Shown in pieces: positions 49,348-60,218 of a stretch of 64,000 bases of DNA. Source of the DNA: Octopus sinensis. Taxonomy: Eukaryota. Below the pieces are notes generated by a model that did no database searches, was not told the origin of the DNA, and saw only the letters and a program-made list of their open reading frames with translations. How positions within the stretch are numbered: the first letter of the stretch is position 1; every line of letters starts with the position of its first letter. The translations under genes were made by a program, and so were the position numbers. The stretch lies in NCBI RefSeq assembly GCF_006345805.1, contig NC_043023.1, positions 19,096,001 to 19,160,000 of the forward strand, read 5' to 3'.

Positions 49348-49635
49348 GTGGAGGCGCAATGGCCTAGTGGTTAGGGCAGCGGACTCGCGGTCGCAGGATT
49401 GCGGTTTCGATTCCCAGACCGGGCGTTGTATGTGTTTATTGAGCGAAAACACCCAAAAAGCTCCACGAGGCTCCGGCAGGGGTGGTGATCTCTGCTGTAC
49501 TCTTTCACCACTCTTTCTTCTGTCGGCCTGCTCGCTTAGCCAGCGGGGTGGCGTCATTCGAAGGCTAAAACAATGTGAACGCATTGTGACCAGCGATGTG
49601 TAACAACATCTGATGGTCTGGTCGGTCACGTGATA
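49348..49635 (+). mobile_element. SINE family C, full length
   Basis: A box TGGCCTAGTGG, B box GTTTCGATTCC, tail CACGTGAT. Confidence 0.88.
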
Positions 49636-49876
49636 TAAAGATTCTAAAAGTTACTTACAGAATATTGGTATGTAATTTCGATTCTTTAAAGTCAAGTTGA
49701 GCAGTTATAAAAACCCGGGATTTTGGGATGTAATTAAACCCCACGACACTCACTCCTTTGAGACATTGGGGATTTTTCATGCCATGTCCAAGGAAAATCC
49801 AACAATATAGTAAAATAAGTTTGTGGCATATTTTAACTTCTAAAACACCATATCTACCCAGTGCTGCCCTCTAGTG

Positions 49877-50546
49877 CAATGGTTCTCAACCATTCTTCAC
49901 CTATGGACCCCTTTGTTTCCTATTATACTCAGGTGGACCCTTATAACCATTTCTGGTTTAAAACATCCTAGTATATTCTTATAATCAAATATTTTGGATC
50001 TTTTTAGTTTGAACGGCAGTTTTTTCTAGCGGTGTCATATGAAATTGTCACTCATAATTATGACCCTAGTATCGATCTATTGCATTTCAATCTGTTTTAG
50101 GGTTAGGGGTGGGGGAAGGTATCTTTTTTTTCTTCACAAATGTAAATAAACCCAATCTGTTTTTTAAACGAGGGACATTTTCATACGGCACAGAATGTTT
50201 TTTACCTCAATGGACGTCATTGATTGGTTGAAATTGCAGAAATTGAAGAAAAACAACAAATATCATACAAACTATAGAATTTTCTCAATAAAGCCTAGAG
50301 AAAAAGATGTTTTATAAACACATTCTTCCAGTATACGAAGTTTAAAAGTGTTTAGTTACCTAGAAATTATTTTTAAAAACTGCCGGTCAAACCGAAAAGA
50401 TCCAATATTTTTAGGAATTATATAACAAAATTGTTAAAATATTTTGTGTACTGTAAAAATATAACCCATTAATTGTACATAAATTTTAACAACAAAATCC
50501 TATGTGGACCCCCAACAGCCATATTGACCCCGGTTAAAAACCACTA
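49877..50546. mobile_element. hAT-type MITE containing a nested GGATC MITE
   Basis: Degenerate TIRs CAATGGTTCTCAACC / GGTTAAAAACCACTA; TSD CTCTAGTG/TTCTAGTG. Confidence 0.7.
49996..50403. mobile_element. Complete GGATC-TIR MITE, Merlin-like termini
   Basis: TIR of about 30 bp starting GG; 8-bp TSD AATATTTT; empty site near 51600 in the tandem paralog. Confidence 0.85.
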
Positions 50547-50840
50547 TTCTAGTGGATTCCCCGATGAGTGATTCTGGCTCATTAGCCTTTATCAATGGGA
50601 AACTCCAGAGAAAGATAAACCTGAGCAGATTCAAAGCTGTTGTTTTATCTAAAGAGCAGTCACTATCAGTGACTGAGTTGTGCTAGTGAACTGCCTGGTC
50701 GGAATAAATGTTTTAAGAAATCAAAAAACACAAATGAAACAGTGAATAAAATTTATGAGTTGAGTTAAAGAAATAGAAGAGAGAATTGAAAAAGTTGTGT
50801 CTAGTTTAGAAGGCGAAAGGGGATAAGGTAATCCACTTAC

Positions 50841-50897
50841 CACTTTGGGTGAAATTTTTAACTCCTTCTGATCTCAAATCGTTTGCACTTGCCAAAT
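50841..50897 (-). CDS. 57-nt mini-exon, copy 2
   Basis: Acceptor TATTCATCTTCCACAG, donor G|GTAAGT, phase 1-1; LASANDLRSEGVKNFTQS. Confidence 0.75.
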
Positions 50898-52039
50898 CTG
50901 TGGAAGATGAATACAAGGACTTTTGAATTTCAGATTTTACATTCGATCAACAAGATTGTTTCCTATTTCTGTTACAATAATTAAATAGTAATTAACACGA
51001 GTAGATCTAATTACACATTATATATTGTACCACTGGTATGTTACTCCATACTCCTATTAGCAATAATCTACATAAACCTAACTTATACACTTAATCTAAG
51101 AAGCTCACACTTATGAACCTTTCAGAAAATATACGCGTGATGAGTTTTTCGTACTTACCAGCACTAAGTTATTTAAATGCACCCGAGCACTAAACATACT
51201 AGTCTGGCACACTACCCCCACCATAGCCTCTATGTCACGCTGGTGAGACCCATATATTTTATAATTATTGGTGCTACCTTGTTCATGGCTACTGTTTCTA
51301 GGATCCATGTTTCCAGGATTATTATTATTATTATTATTGTTATTTGTGCCCTAAGAGTGAAACTGCCAATCATAAGTAATCCCTCTTTAGTTAAAATATG
51401 TTTGTGACATATTTTAACTTCTAAAGGCAAATTTACTGCATTTACCAAAGAGAAGGATTTCTCACTGATGGTAAAAGGTGTGAAAACACCATATCTGCCC
51501 AGTGCTTACCTATAACACAATGCAACCCTTTTGATTTCTATTTCACTCAGGTGGACCCTTATAACCATTTTATGTTTTAAAAAATCCTATTTTTATAATT
51601 AAATATTATTAGGAATTGTATTTAAAAAACTGATTAAAAATTTGGTGTACTGTAAAGCTAAAACCAATTAATTGTACATAAATTTTAACAACAAAATCCT
51701 ATATGGACCCCCAACAGCCATACTGACCCCGGTTAAAAACCACTATTCTAGTGGATTCCCCGATGAGTGATTCTGGCTCATTGGCCTTTATCAATGGGAA
51801 ACTCCAGAGAAAGATAAACCTGAGCAGATTCAAAGCTGTTGTTTTATCTAAAGAGCAGTCACTATCAGTGACTGAGTTGTGCTAGTGAACTGCCTGGTTG
51901 GAATAAATGTTTTAAGAAATCAAAAAACACAAATGAAACAGTGACTAAAACCTATGAGTTAAGTAAAAGAAATAGAAGAGAGATTTGAAAAAGTTGTGTC
52001 TAGTTTAGAAGGCGAAAGGGGATAAGGTAATCCACTTAC

Positions 52040-52096
52040 CACTTTGGGTGAAATTTTTAACTCCTTCTGATCTCAAATCATTTGGACTTGCCAAAT
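52040..52096 (-). CDS. 57-nt mini-exon, copy 1
   Basis: Acceptor TATTCATCGTCCACAG, donor G|GTAAGT, phase 1-1; LASPNDLRSEGVKNFTQS. Confidence 0.75.
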
Positions 52097-52440
52097 CTGT
52101 GGACGATGAATACAAGGACTTTTGAATTTCAGATTTTACATTCGATCAACAAGATTGTTTCCTATTCTGTTACGATAATTAAATAGTAATTAACACGAGT
52201 AGATCTAATTACACATTATATACTGTACCACTGGTATGTTACTCCATACTCCTATTAGCAATAATCTACATAAACCTAACTTATACACTTAATCTAAGAA
52301 GCTCACACTTATGAACCTTTCAGAAAATATACGCGTGATGAGTTTTTCGTACTTACCAGCACTACGTTATTTAAATGCACCCGAGCACTAAACATACTAG
52401 TCTAGCACACTACCCCCACCATAGCCTCTATGTCACGCTG

Positions 52441-52935
52441 GGATTCATGCCTCTTCTCCTTATCTCCTCAAAGACATACATCATCTCGAAAGAGTCCAGA
52501 AGCCGGCTACCCGCATGGTTCTTGGTCTCAAGCATTTGTCTTATGAAGAAACGCTGAAGACACTTGACCTTTATTCTCTAGAAAAACGACGACGCCATGG
52601 TGATCTCATTCTCGCTCACAACATCATAAGCGGAAAGTGTAACCTCTCGAAAGAGCTGTTCTTCACTCCGGCTCCAGAGCGTCGGCTGCAGGGTCACTCC
52701 GAAAAGCTCTATCTACGATGATTTCATCTCAATCAAAGGAGAGGAGCTTTCTCCGTCCGGGTTGCGGATCTGTGGAATAAGCTGCCGGACGAGATAGTGA
52801 AGATGCCGACGACCGCTCGGTTCAAAGTCTCTCTTGACCAGAAAAGGCCTGAACTCTTTGCATGAACACCACCCTGTACATAACTCCATGTCCCCCTACA
52901 TGGCCTTGCGCTTTTTGAACCAATAAAAATTGAAT
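52441..52935 (+). mobile_element. 3' fragment of a third CR1-group LINE
   Basis: MVLGLKHLSYEETLKTLDLYSLEKRRRHGDLI...FSVRVADLWNKLP. Confidence 0.88.
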
Positions 52936-52947
52936 CGAATAACCCCC

Positions 52948-52984
<37 letters not shown>

Positions 52985-53219
52985 CTTATATACAATTAGA
53001 TATATATTATAGCTAAACTACCCATAGTTGATACATTTACCTAAACACAAACACCCCCAACTGCATCTAGAACTGATATAGTTTCTTCCCTAAGACCAAA
53101 ATAGAGCACCCCTTTTAACTACACCCAAACAAGACCATTTTAGATGAAAATAATGGTAATATGAATGAGATTAAAGAAATGAGTAATTATCTTAACGAAA
53201 TTACATGAATTAAATTATA

Positions 53220-53592
53220 GGCGCAGGAGTGGCTTGTTTACCAACCACATGGTTCCGGGTTCAGTCCCACTGCGTGGCACCTTGGGCAAGTGTCTTCTAC
53301 TACAGCCTAGAGCCGACCAATGCCCTGTGAGTGGATTTGGTAGACGGAAACTGAAAGAAGCCCGTCGTATATATGTATATATATATGTTTGTGTGTCTGT
53401 CCCCCTAGCATTGCTTGACAACCGATGCTGGTGTGTTTACGTCCCTGTCACTTAGCGGTTCGGCAAAAGAGACCGTTAGAATAAGTACTGGGCTTACAAA
53501 GAATAAGTCCCGGGGTCGATTTGCTCGACTAAAGGCGGTGCTCCAGCATGGCCACAGTCAAATGACTGAAACAAGTAAAAGAGTAAAGAGTA
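53220..53592 (+). mobile_element. SINE family A
   Basis: Head-spacer-tail with a small deletion in the head. Confidence 0.88.
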
Positions 53593-53667
53593 TGAGAGAT
53601 AAAATGAAAATTATATTTTGGAGGGGACATTTTCAGTGGTTAGTTAATGAAATCAAGCTGTTAGTAA

Positions 53668-53957
53668 TGACCCCCTTCGGTCAGACACTGACCATGGGTT
53701 TGCACCTAGAGAGTTACCCTCTGAGGCACAAGTCTGGGCAAGGTTGTTTTATGGAAGACCAGCAGTCGCCCATGCATACCGGCCTCCCCTCTCCGATACA
53801 GCAACTCATCGCAACTCATTTCTACAGCTGAGTGAACTGAAACATCGTGAAATAAAGTGTCTTGCTCAAGAACACAACACGCAGCCCGGTCCGGGATTCG
53901 AGCTCACAAACTCACGATCATAAGCTCGACGCTCTAACCACTGAGCCACGCGCCTTC
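53668..53957 (-). mobile_element. tRNA-derived SINE family D
   Basis: 13-bp TSD AAGCTGTTAGTAA (53655-53667, 53958-53970); minus-strand TGGCTCAGTGG A box and GCTCGAATCCC B-box-like motif. Confidence 0.88.
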
Positions 53958-54121
53958 AAGCTGTTAGTAAATAATATATTTAAAGTGTTAATGGCGAATG
54001 AAGTCAAGGAGTGGAAAAGAATGAGATGAATCGTAGCTTCGCTTCTCAAGATTGTTTGGAGGAGGAATGGGATGTTAGCAGAAAAAAAGCAAAAATAAAG
54101 CAAAAACGGAAGAAAACTTAC

Positions 54122-54163
54122 AAAAGCACCATGAAAACAAAAAGATCAACTTAAAGGGTCCAT
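54122..54163 (-). CDS. 42-nt signal-peptide exon
   Basis: Acceptor TATTTTTCAG, donor T|GTAAGT, phase 1-1; xGPFKLIFLFSWCF joins in frame to YLASP/YLASA. Confidence 0.7.
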
Positions 54164-54244
54164 CTGAAAAATATTTTGGAAAATATGCAAAAAATTGTTA
54201 GCATGCGAGACAAAATGTTTCGTGGTATATCGACCGTCTATATT

Positions 54245-54530
54245 CTCTGGGTTCAAATTCTGCTGAGGTCGACTTTGCCTTTCATCCTTTCGGGGTCAAT
54301 AAATTAAGTACCAGTTACGCACTGGGGTCGATGTAATCGACTTAATACCTATGTCTGTCCTTGTTTGTCCCCTCTGTGTTTAGCCCCTTGTGGATAATAA
54401 AGAAATAGGTATATTGACTGTCTATATTCTCTTGGTTCAAATTCTGCTGAGGTCGACTTTGTCCTTCATCCTTTCAGGGTCGATAAAATAAGTACCAGTT
54501 GAGAACTCGGGGGGGGGGGGGTCAATGTAA
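54245..54530 (+). mobile_element. SINE family B, 5'-truncated, about 1.5 units
   Basis: Core and tail motifs. Confidence 0.8.
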
Positions 54531-54925
54531 TCAACTTACCCCCACCCCTCCCCCAAACTTGCTAGCCGTATGCCAAAGTTTGAAAGCAATGTTACAAATT
54601 TAGTTGTTACCTTAATTCAAGGGCAATGCATGAATATCATCATCATCATCACCGTTTAACGTCGTTAATACTTTTTGATAGTTATATATATTTATAAAAT
54701 ATATATATATATATAAAATATATATATATATATTTATAAAATATATATATAATTTTAAAAAAATTTTTAATAAAAAATATAAATAAAAATATAAATAAAA
54801 ATAAAAATAATAATAAAAATAAATATAATAATAATAATAACAATAATAATAATAATAATATATATATGTACCGTGGGGATTTTTTTTCCTCTGTCTTCCC
54901 TTCTCTGGATCTTTCCTTTTCCTAT

Positions 54926-54960
54926 GTTTCCGACGAAGAGCTTCGCTCGAAACGTTAAAC
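54926..54960 (+). ncRNA. Minimal hammerhead-ribozyme-like motif of the Penelope type (variant core)
   Basis: GTTT-CCGACGA-A-GAGC(TTC)GCTC-GAAA-C-GTT-AAAC. Confidence 0.45.
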
Positions 54961-55284
54961 CCTCCTTCTTCCCTTCTTTCCTGAGCGTCCAATACTATAA
55001 TTGTTCCACGTCCTCGCGTTGTTGTGTTTTTTTGTGTTTTCTTGTTTGGATTAACTATAAATTTATAAGTATAAATTAATAATTAAAAAATTTTTTTTAA
55101 ATTTTAACTTTAAATTTAATTAATTTAAATTTTGAATTTTATATTTTATATATTTTGTATATTATATTAATTAATTTGATTTCTATGTTCTGGTTTATGT
55201 TTTTCACTGTTTGATTTGCCTAATAGTGGTTTTATCTCTAATTTAATATAAATATATATATATATATATATATAGGCGCATATA

Positions 55285-55680
55285 GGCGCAGGAGTGGCTG
55301 TGTGGTAAGTAGCTTGCTAACCAACGACATGGTTCCGGGTTCAGTCCCACTGCGTGGCATCTTGGGCAAGTGTCTTCTGCTATAGCCCCGGGCCGACCAA
55401 TGCCTTGTGAGTGAATTTGGTAGACGGAAACTGAAAGAAGCCTGTCGTATATATGTATATATATATATATATAAGTGTGTGTGTATATGTTTGTGTCTGT
55501 GTTTGTCCCCCTAGCATTGCTTGACAACCGATGCTGGTGTGTTTACGTCCCCGTCACTTAGCGGTTCGGCAAAGTACTGGGCTTACAAAGAATAAGTCCC
55601 GGGGTCGATTTGCTCGACTAATGGCGGTGCTCCAGCATGGCCGCAGTCAAATGACTGAAACAAGTAAAAGAGTAAAAGAG
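55285..55680 (+). mobile_element. SINE family A
   Basis: Full copy starting GGCGCAGGAGTGG. Confidence 0.9.
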
Positions 55681-55715
55681 AATATCATCCAGCTATAGAA
55701 ACTCTGCCAGATCAG

Positions 55716-55748
<33 letters not shown>

Positions 55749-55975
55749 AAGCACCATTTGGATGTGGCCGTTGCCAGTACCACCAAACTGGCCCTCGCGC
55801 CGGTGGCACGTAAAACCACCCACTACTCTCTCTGAGTGTTTGGCGTTAGGAAGGGCATCCAGCTGTAGAAACTCTGCCAGATCAGATTGGAGTCTGGTTC
55901 GCCATACCTCAGTCAAATCGTCCAACCCATGCTAGCATGGACAACGGACGTTAAAAGATGATATATATATATATA

Positions 55976-56745
55976 CTAGCAGTATCGCCGGCTTTGCTCG
56001 GGTTTGTAAGGGAAATAACTATATAAGCATTTTTAGAGAGTTATAGCCAAAAAATAGCCAAAAAATGCATTGAAAATGGAAAAAAAAAATGATGGTAAAT
56101 TTTTTTTAAATTGTTGACTCATTGTAGACATTTTTAGAGAGTTACTTCCCTTATATAATAGCGAAGAAAATGCATTAAAATGGGAAAAAATTACGGTAAA
56201 TTTTTTTTTAAATCGTAGACTCATCGTAGTCGCGCGCTAATACCCAGAAGGGCTCGATATGAATCACGACTATAAGATACCCGCTTTTGGTAAACTGCAC
56301 CGCAAAATGTGGGAGTAGTTAGGAATCTAAATCGTAGGAGACAGACACACAACTTCACTTTTATATATAACTAGCAGTATCGCCCGCGTTGCTCGGGTTT
56401 GTAAGGGAAATAACTATAAACCATTTTTAGAGAGTTATAGCCAAAAATTGCATTAAAAATGGAAAAAAAATGATGGTAAATTTTTTTTTAAATCGTTGAA
56501 TCATTGTAGACATTTTTAGAGAGTTACTTCCCTTATATAATAGCGAAGAAAATGCATTAAAATGGAAAAACAATACGGTAAATTGTTTTTTAAATCGTAG
56601 ATGCGCGCTAATACCCAGAAGGGCTCAATATGAATCACGACTATAAGATACCCGGTTTTGGTTAAACTGCACTGCAAAATGTGGGAGTAGTTAGGAATCT
56701 AAATCGTAGGAGACAGACACACAACTTCACTTTTATATATAAAGA
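55976..56745 (-). mobile_element. Two head-to-tail non-autonomous Helitrons
   Basis: CTAG termini at 55976 and 56371; TC 5' end at 56745. Confidence 0.88.
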
Positions 56746-57071
56746 TATATGTATGTATGTATGTATGTGTACGAGTATGTGGGATACATTTTCTCTATGG
56801 TTACAATTATGCTCCAGGTTACAATTATGCAGATGATGCTCATGAGGGCATCACCTGCTTGGCTTTTCCAAGCCGTCAGCCTCCCCATCAACCGTGTTAA
56901 TACTACAACCAATCGGAGCGCTTGCTACTGCATTGAGGCTATTTTTCTTCCTCCCCCCACACTTTCTTTTTTTTCCCCCTTTTAAAAAATTTCTTTGTCT
57001 TTCTTTTGTAAATGCTATTAATTTAGATTAATTAAAAATACTATAAATATTTTTATTTATATATATATATA

Positions 57072-58489
57072 GGCGCAGGAGTGGCTGTGTGGTAAGTAGC
57101 TTGTCTACCAACCACATGGTTCCGGGTTCAGTCCCACTGCGTGGCACCTTGGGCATGTGTCTTCTACTATAGCCTCGGGCCGACCAAAGCCTTGTGAGTG
57201 GATTTGGTAGACGGAAACTGAAAGAAGCCTGTCGCATATACGAGGGACGTTCAATAAGTAATGCCTCTGACCCACTTGCAGTTGTTTGATCTAGCTGAAA
57301 TTTTGCATGTGCAATCATTTATATGGTCGCCCCCTTCTGCCATTGATGAGGCATCTGTCTGTCAAGTTGAGGCTGCCATTTTGGAAGATCGACGCATAAT
57401 TATTTGCCAAATAGCCCATGAGGTCAAGTTTAGTACCGGGTCTGTGGAAACTATCATTCATGACCATTTGCATATGCAAAAGGTGTCTGCCAGATGGATT
57501 CCCAGGTTGCTCACGCCTTTCCAGAAGCAAGAACGCGTCGAGTGCTCGAGGGTGAATTTGGAGATGTGCCAAGAAGATGAGTCAAAATTTTTCAAAAGAC
57601 TGATTACACAGGATGAAACCTGGGTCCAGAGACCAAAGCCCAGTCAATGCAGTGGAAGCACCGTGACTCACCCCTCCAAAGAAGGCAAGGGTGCAGCCCT
57701 CTGCTGGCAAGGTCATGCTCACAGTCTTCTGGGACCAGGACGGAGTAGTGATGACAGATTTCCTGGCAAAGGGTACCACAATTGCAGGAGCCTATTATGC
57801 TTCACTTTTGAGGAAATTAAGAGAAGTTATCAAAATCAAGAGGCGGGGCAAGATCAGCAAAGGCATCCTCCTCCTGCAGGACAACGCTCCGGTCCACAAC
57901 TCGCTTGTCGCCAGATCAGAAGCACAGGCGTATGGCTATGAACTCCTCCCCATCCCCCCTACTTTCCTGACCTTGCACCCTCTGATTTTCACCTCTTCCA
58001 GCCATGAAGTTGTTTTTGAAAGGAAAGCGTTTCCCAGATGATGCAGCCTTGATTTCTGAAGTCACGTTGAGGTTGGAGGAACAAGCTGGGGTATTCTACA
58101 AAAACGGTCTCCAGAGCCGCATCAAACGATGGGAGAAATGCGTAACTCTGGGTGGTTCCTATGTAGAAAAAGACTAATAACTGTGCCAAGTTTCGTTGCT
58201 CTACTGCTATGGGAAGTGGGTCAGGGGCATTACTTATTGAACGCCCCTCGTATGTATATATATATAAGTGTGTGTATGTGTGTGTGTCTGTGTTTGTCCC
58301 CCTTGCATTGCTTGACAACCGATGCTGGTGTGTTTACGTCCCCGTCACTTAGTGGTTCGGCAAAAAGAGACCGATAGAATAAGTACTGGGCTTACAAAGA
58401 ATAGTCCCGGGGTCGATTTGCTCGACTAAAGGGCGGTGCTCCAGCATGGCCGCAGTCAAATGACTGAAACAAGTAAAGAGTAAAGAGTA
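57072..58489 (+). mobile_element. SINE family A split by the mariner
   Basis: Head 57072-57238, tail 58253-58489. Confidence 0.9.
57241..58250 (+). mobile_element. Mariner (DD34D-type) transposon, 1010 bp, deleted and frameshifted
   Basis: 37-bp TIRs CGAGGG(A/G)CGTTCAATAAGTAATGCC(T/C)CTGACCCACTT; TA TSD; motifs WIPRLL, ITQDETWV, GKVMLTVFWD, LLQDNAPVH, PPYFPDLAPSDFHLF. Confidence 0.95.
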
Positions 58490-58916
58490 TATATCATCTG
58501 GAAGGGGCAGAAGTCGGGTGTAAATATCCCCCCACCCTTCCACGTTTCAAACTTTTATTTCCAAAAATTACGATTTTGCCATAAACAAAAAAGAAGAGGA
58601 AGAAGAAGAAAGTATACGTGCAATGTTTCGGAGAAAGTTTACGAGAATTGAAAGTATTTGTTCGGCAATTTCCGTAAGAAATTAATATTTCTTTCATTGT
58701 ATTTTTTCGCGCCAAATCGTTTATATTTACCTATTTTTGTGTATATATGCGTTTATGTGTGCATGTATGTATATTTTTGTGGGTAATTTCTATATAAATT
58801 TCCAAGCAAATACTTCCAGTTCTTGTATACTTTCATCCTTAAACTAGAATCCTGTCCAACTCGTGAATAACAAAAAGAGAAGTGTAAAACAAGGAACGAA
58901 AGAAAAAATTAATTAA

Positions 58917-59400
58917 TGACGCCGTTTTGGAAGTCTGCATGTGTGAACGGACATCGCTCCTTTACTCATGTGAGGCATGGGCCCTTTACAAACGTCAATT
59001 AAGGGTCCTTGAACGCTTTCGTCAGAGACGTCTGAGACACTATCTAAATGTTGGCTGAACCTTAAAAACTCCAGACACACGAGTCCTGAGGACAGCTGAT
59101 AGTTACATTGGACTGGACACCTTATTAGAATGAAGGATAGCAGAATCCCTAAGGAGATGCTATACGGGGAACTTGTGAATGGAAAGAGACCCCGGCAGAA
59201 ACCGAGGCTGCGATTTAAGGACTGTGTCAAGTCCTCATTAAAGTCCTGTTATATGCTGGAGACTAACTGGGAGAGCAATGCCTGTCATCACCACAGATGG
59301 AAGAAGCAGGTTAAAGAGGAGGGCAAAACTTTTCAGAGAGCATATATTCTGTATGAATAATTTAAGCGTGCTGCTCGAAAGCGCATGGCTGTGTAGTGAA
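58917..59400 (+). pseudogene. RTE-clade LINE C-terminal fragment
   Basis: RMKDSRIPKEMLYGELVNGKRPRQKPRLRFKDCVKSSLK. Confidence 0.88.
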
Positions 59401-59443
59401 TAGGGAAAGCTTGGTTAGCAATGTTTGCCGTCTTGTATGCTTG

Positions 59444-59828
59444 TCGGCGAAATTTGAACTCGGAACCTAACGGCAGACGAAGTACCAATTTCTTTACAAG
59501 GGGCTAAACACATAGAGGACAAACAAGGACAGACAGATGGATTAAGTCGATTACATCGACGCCAGTGCGTAACTGGTACTTATTTAATCGACCCCGAAAG
59601 GATGAAAGGCAAAGTCGACCTCGGCGGAATTTAAACTCAGAACCTAACGGCAGACGAAATACCTATTTCTTTACTATCCACAAAGGGCTAAACACAGAGG
59701 GGACAAACAAAGGCAGACAAACGTATTAAGTCGATTATATTGACCCCAGTGCGTAAATGGTACTTATTTAATTGACCCCGAAAGGATGAAAGGCAAAGTC
59801 GACCTCGGCGGAATTTGAACTCAGAACT
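59444..59828 (-). mobile_element. SINE family B tandem units
   Basis: About 2.3 units of about 178 bp. Confidence 0.85.
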
Positions 59829-60218
59829 TATCATGGTGCGAATATAAGCGGTTTCGTGGAATTCGAAAAGGAAGTAGTTACAACACTTAACTTGCCGTTG
59901 TCTGACATAACAACCCTAGAAGTTTGTTCCCTTTCGTCTACGGACTGAATTACCTGGATTATAAACTCTCTGAATTGGACCTGATACTTAGGTGATTATG
60001 GAATTGTAAAAGTCTGGGACTCCTTAAGAAGTAAGTCAATCCTTATTTTGTGTTTTATTTACTTTGTTTAAAAAATTGCCAAAAAATTATTTACTTTGTG
60101 TTTTGGGGCGAACCTTCGGTATAGGTACACGTGTGGCTTTGTTCACATTTCTGAAGATAACAGAAACCCTTTTTTCCCACCCCTAACCCTAACCCCCCCC
60201 CCATATATAAAATCTACT

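Larger units (their letters stand above)
50440..52440. repeat. About 1.2-kb tandem duplication containing the mini-exon
   Basis: 50440-51245 vs 51640-52440, offset about 1199. Confidence 0.9.

Noticed and set aside
51145-52440. Minus-strand GTGCTG|GTAAGT donors at about 51158 and 52357
   Set aside because: Only a phase-0 frame is open, which is incompatible with the phase-1 mini-exons. They could be non-coding exons, but there is no support.
57072-57150. tRNA-like A/B boxes in SINE heads throughout the window
   Set aside because: No complete cloverleaf, and each is followed by SINE core and tail; these are not tRNA genes.
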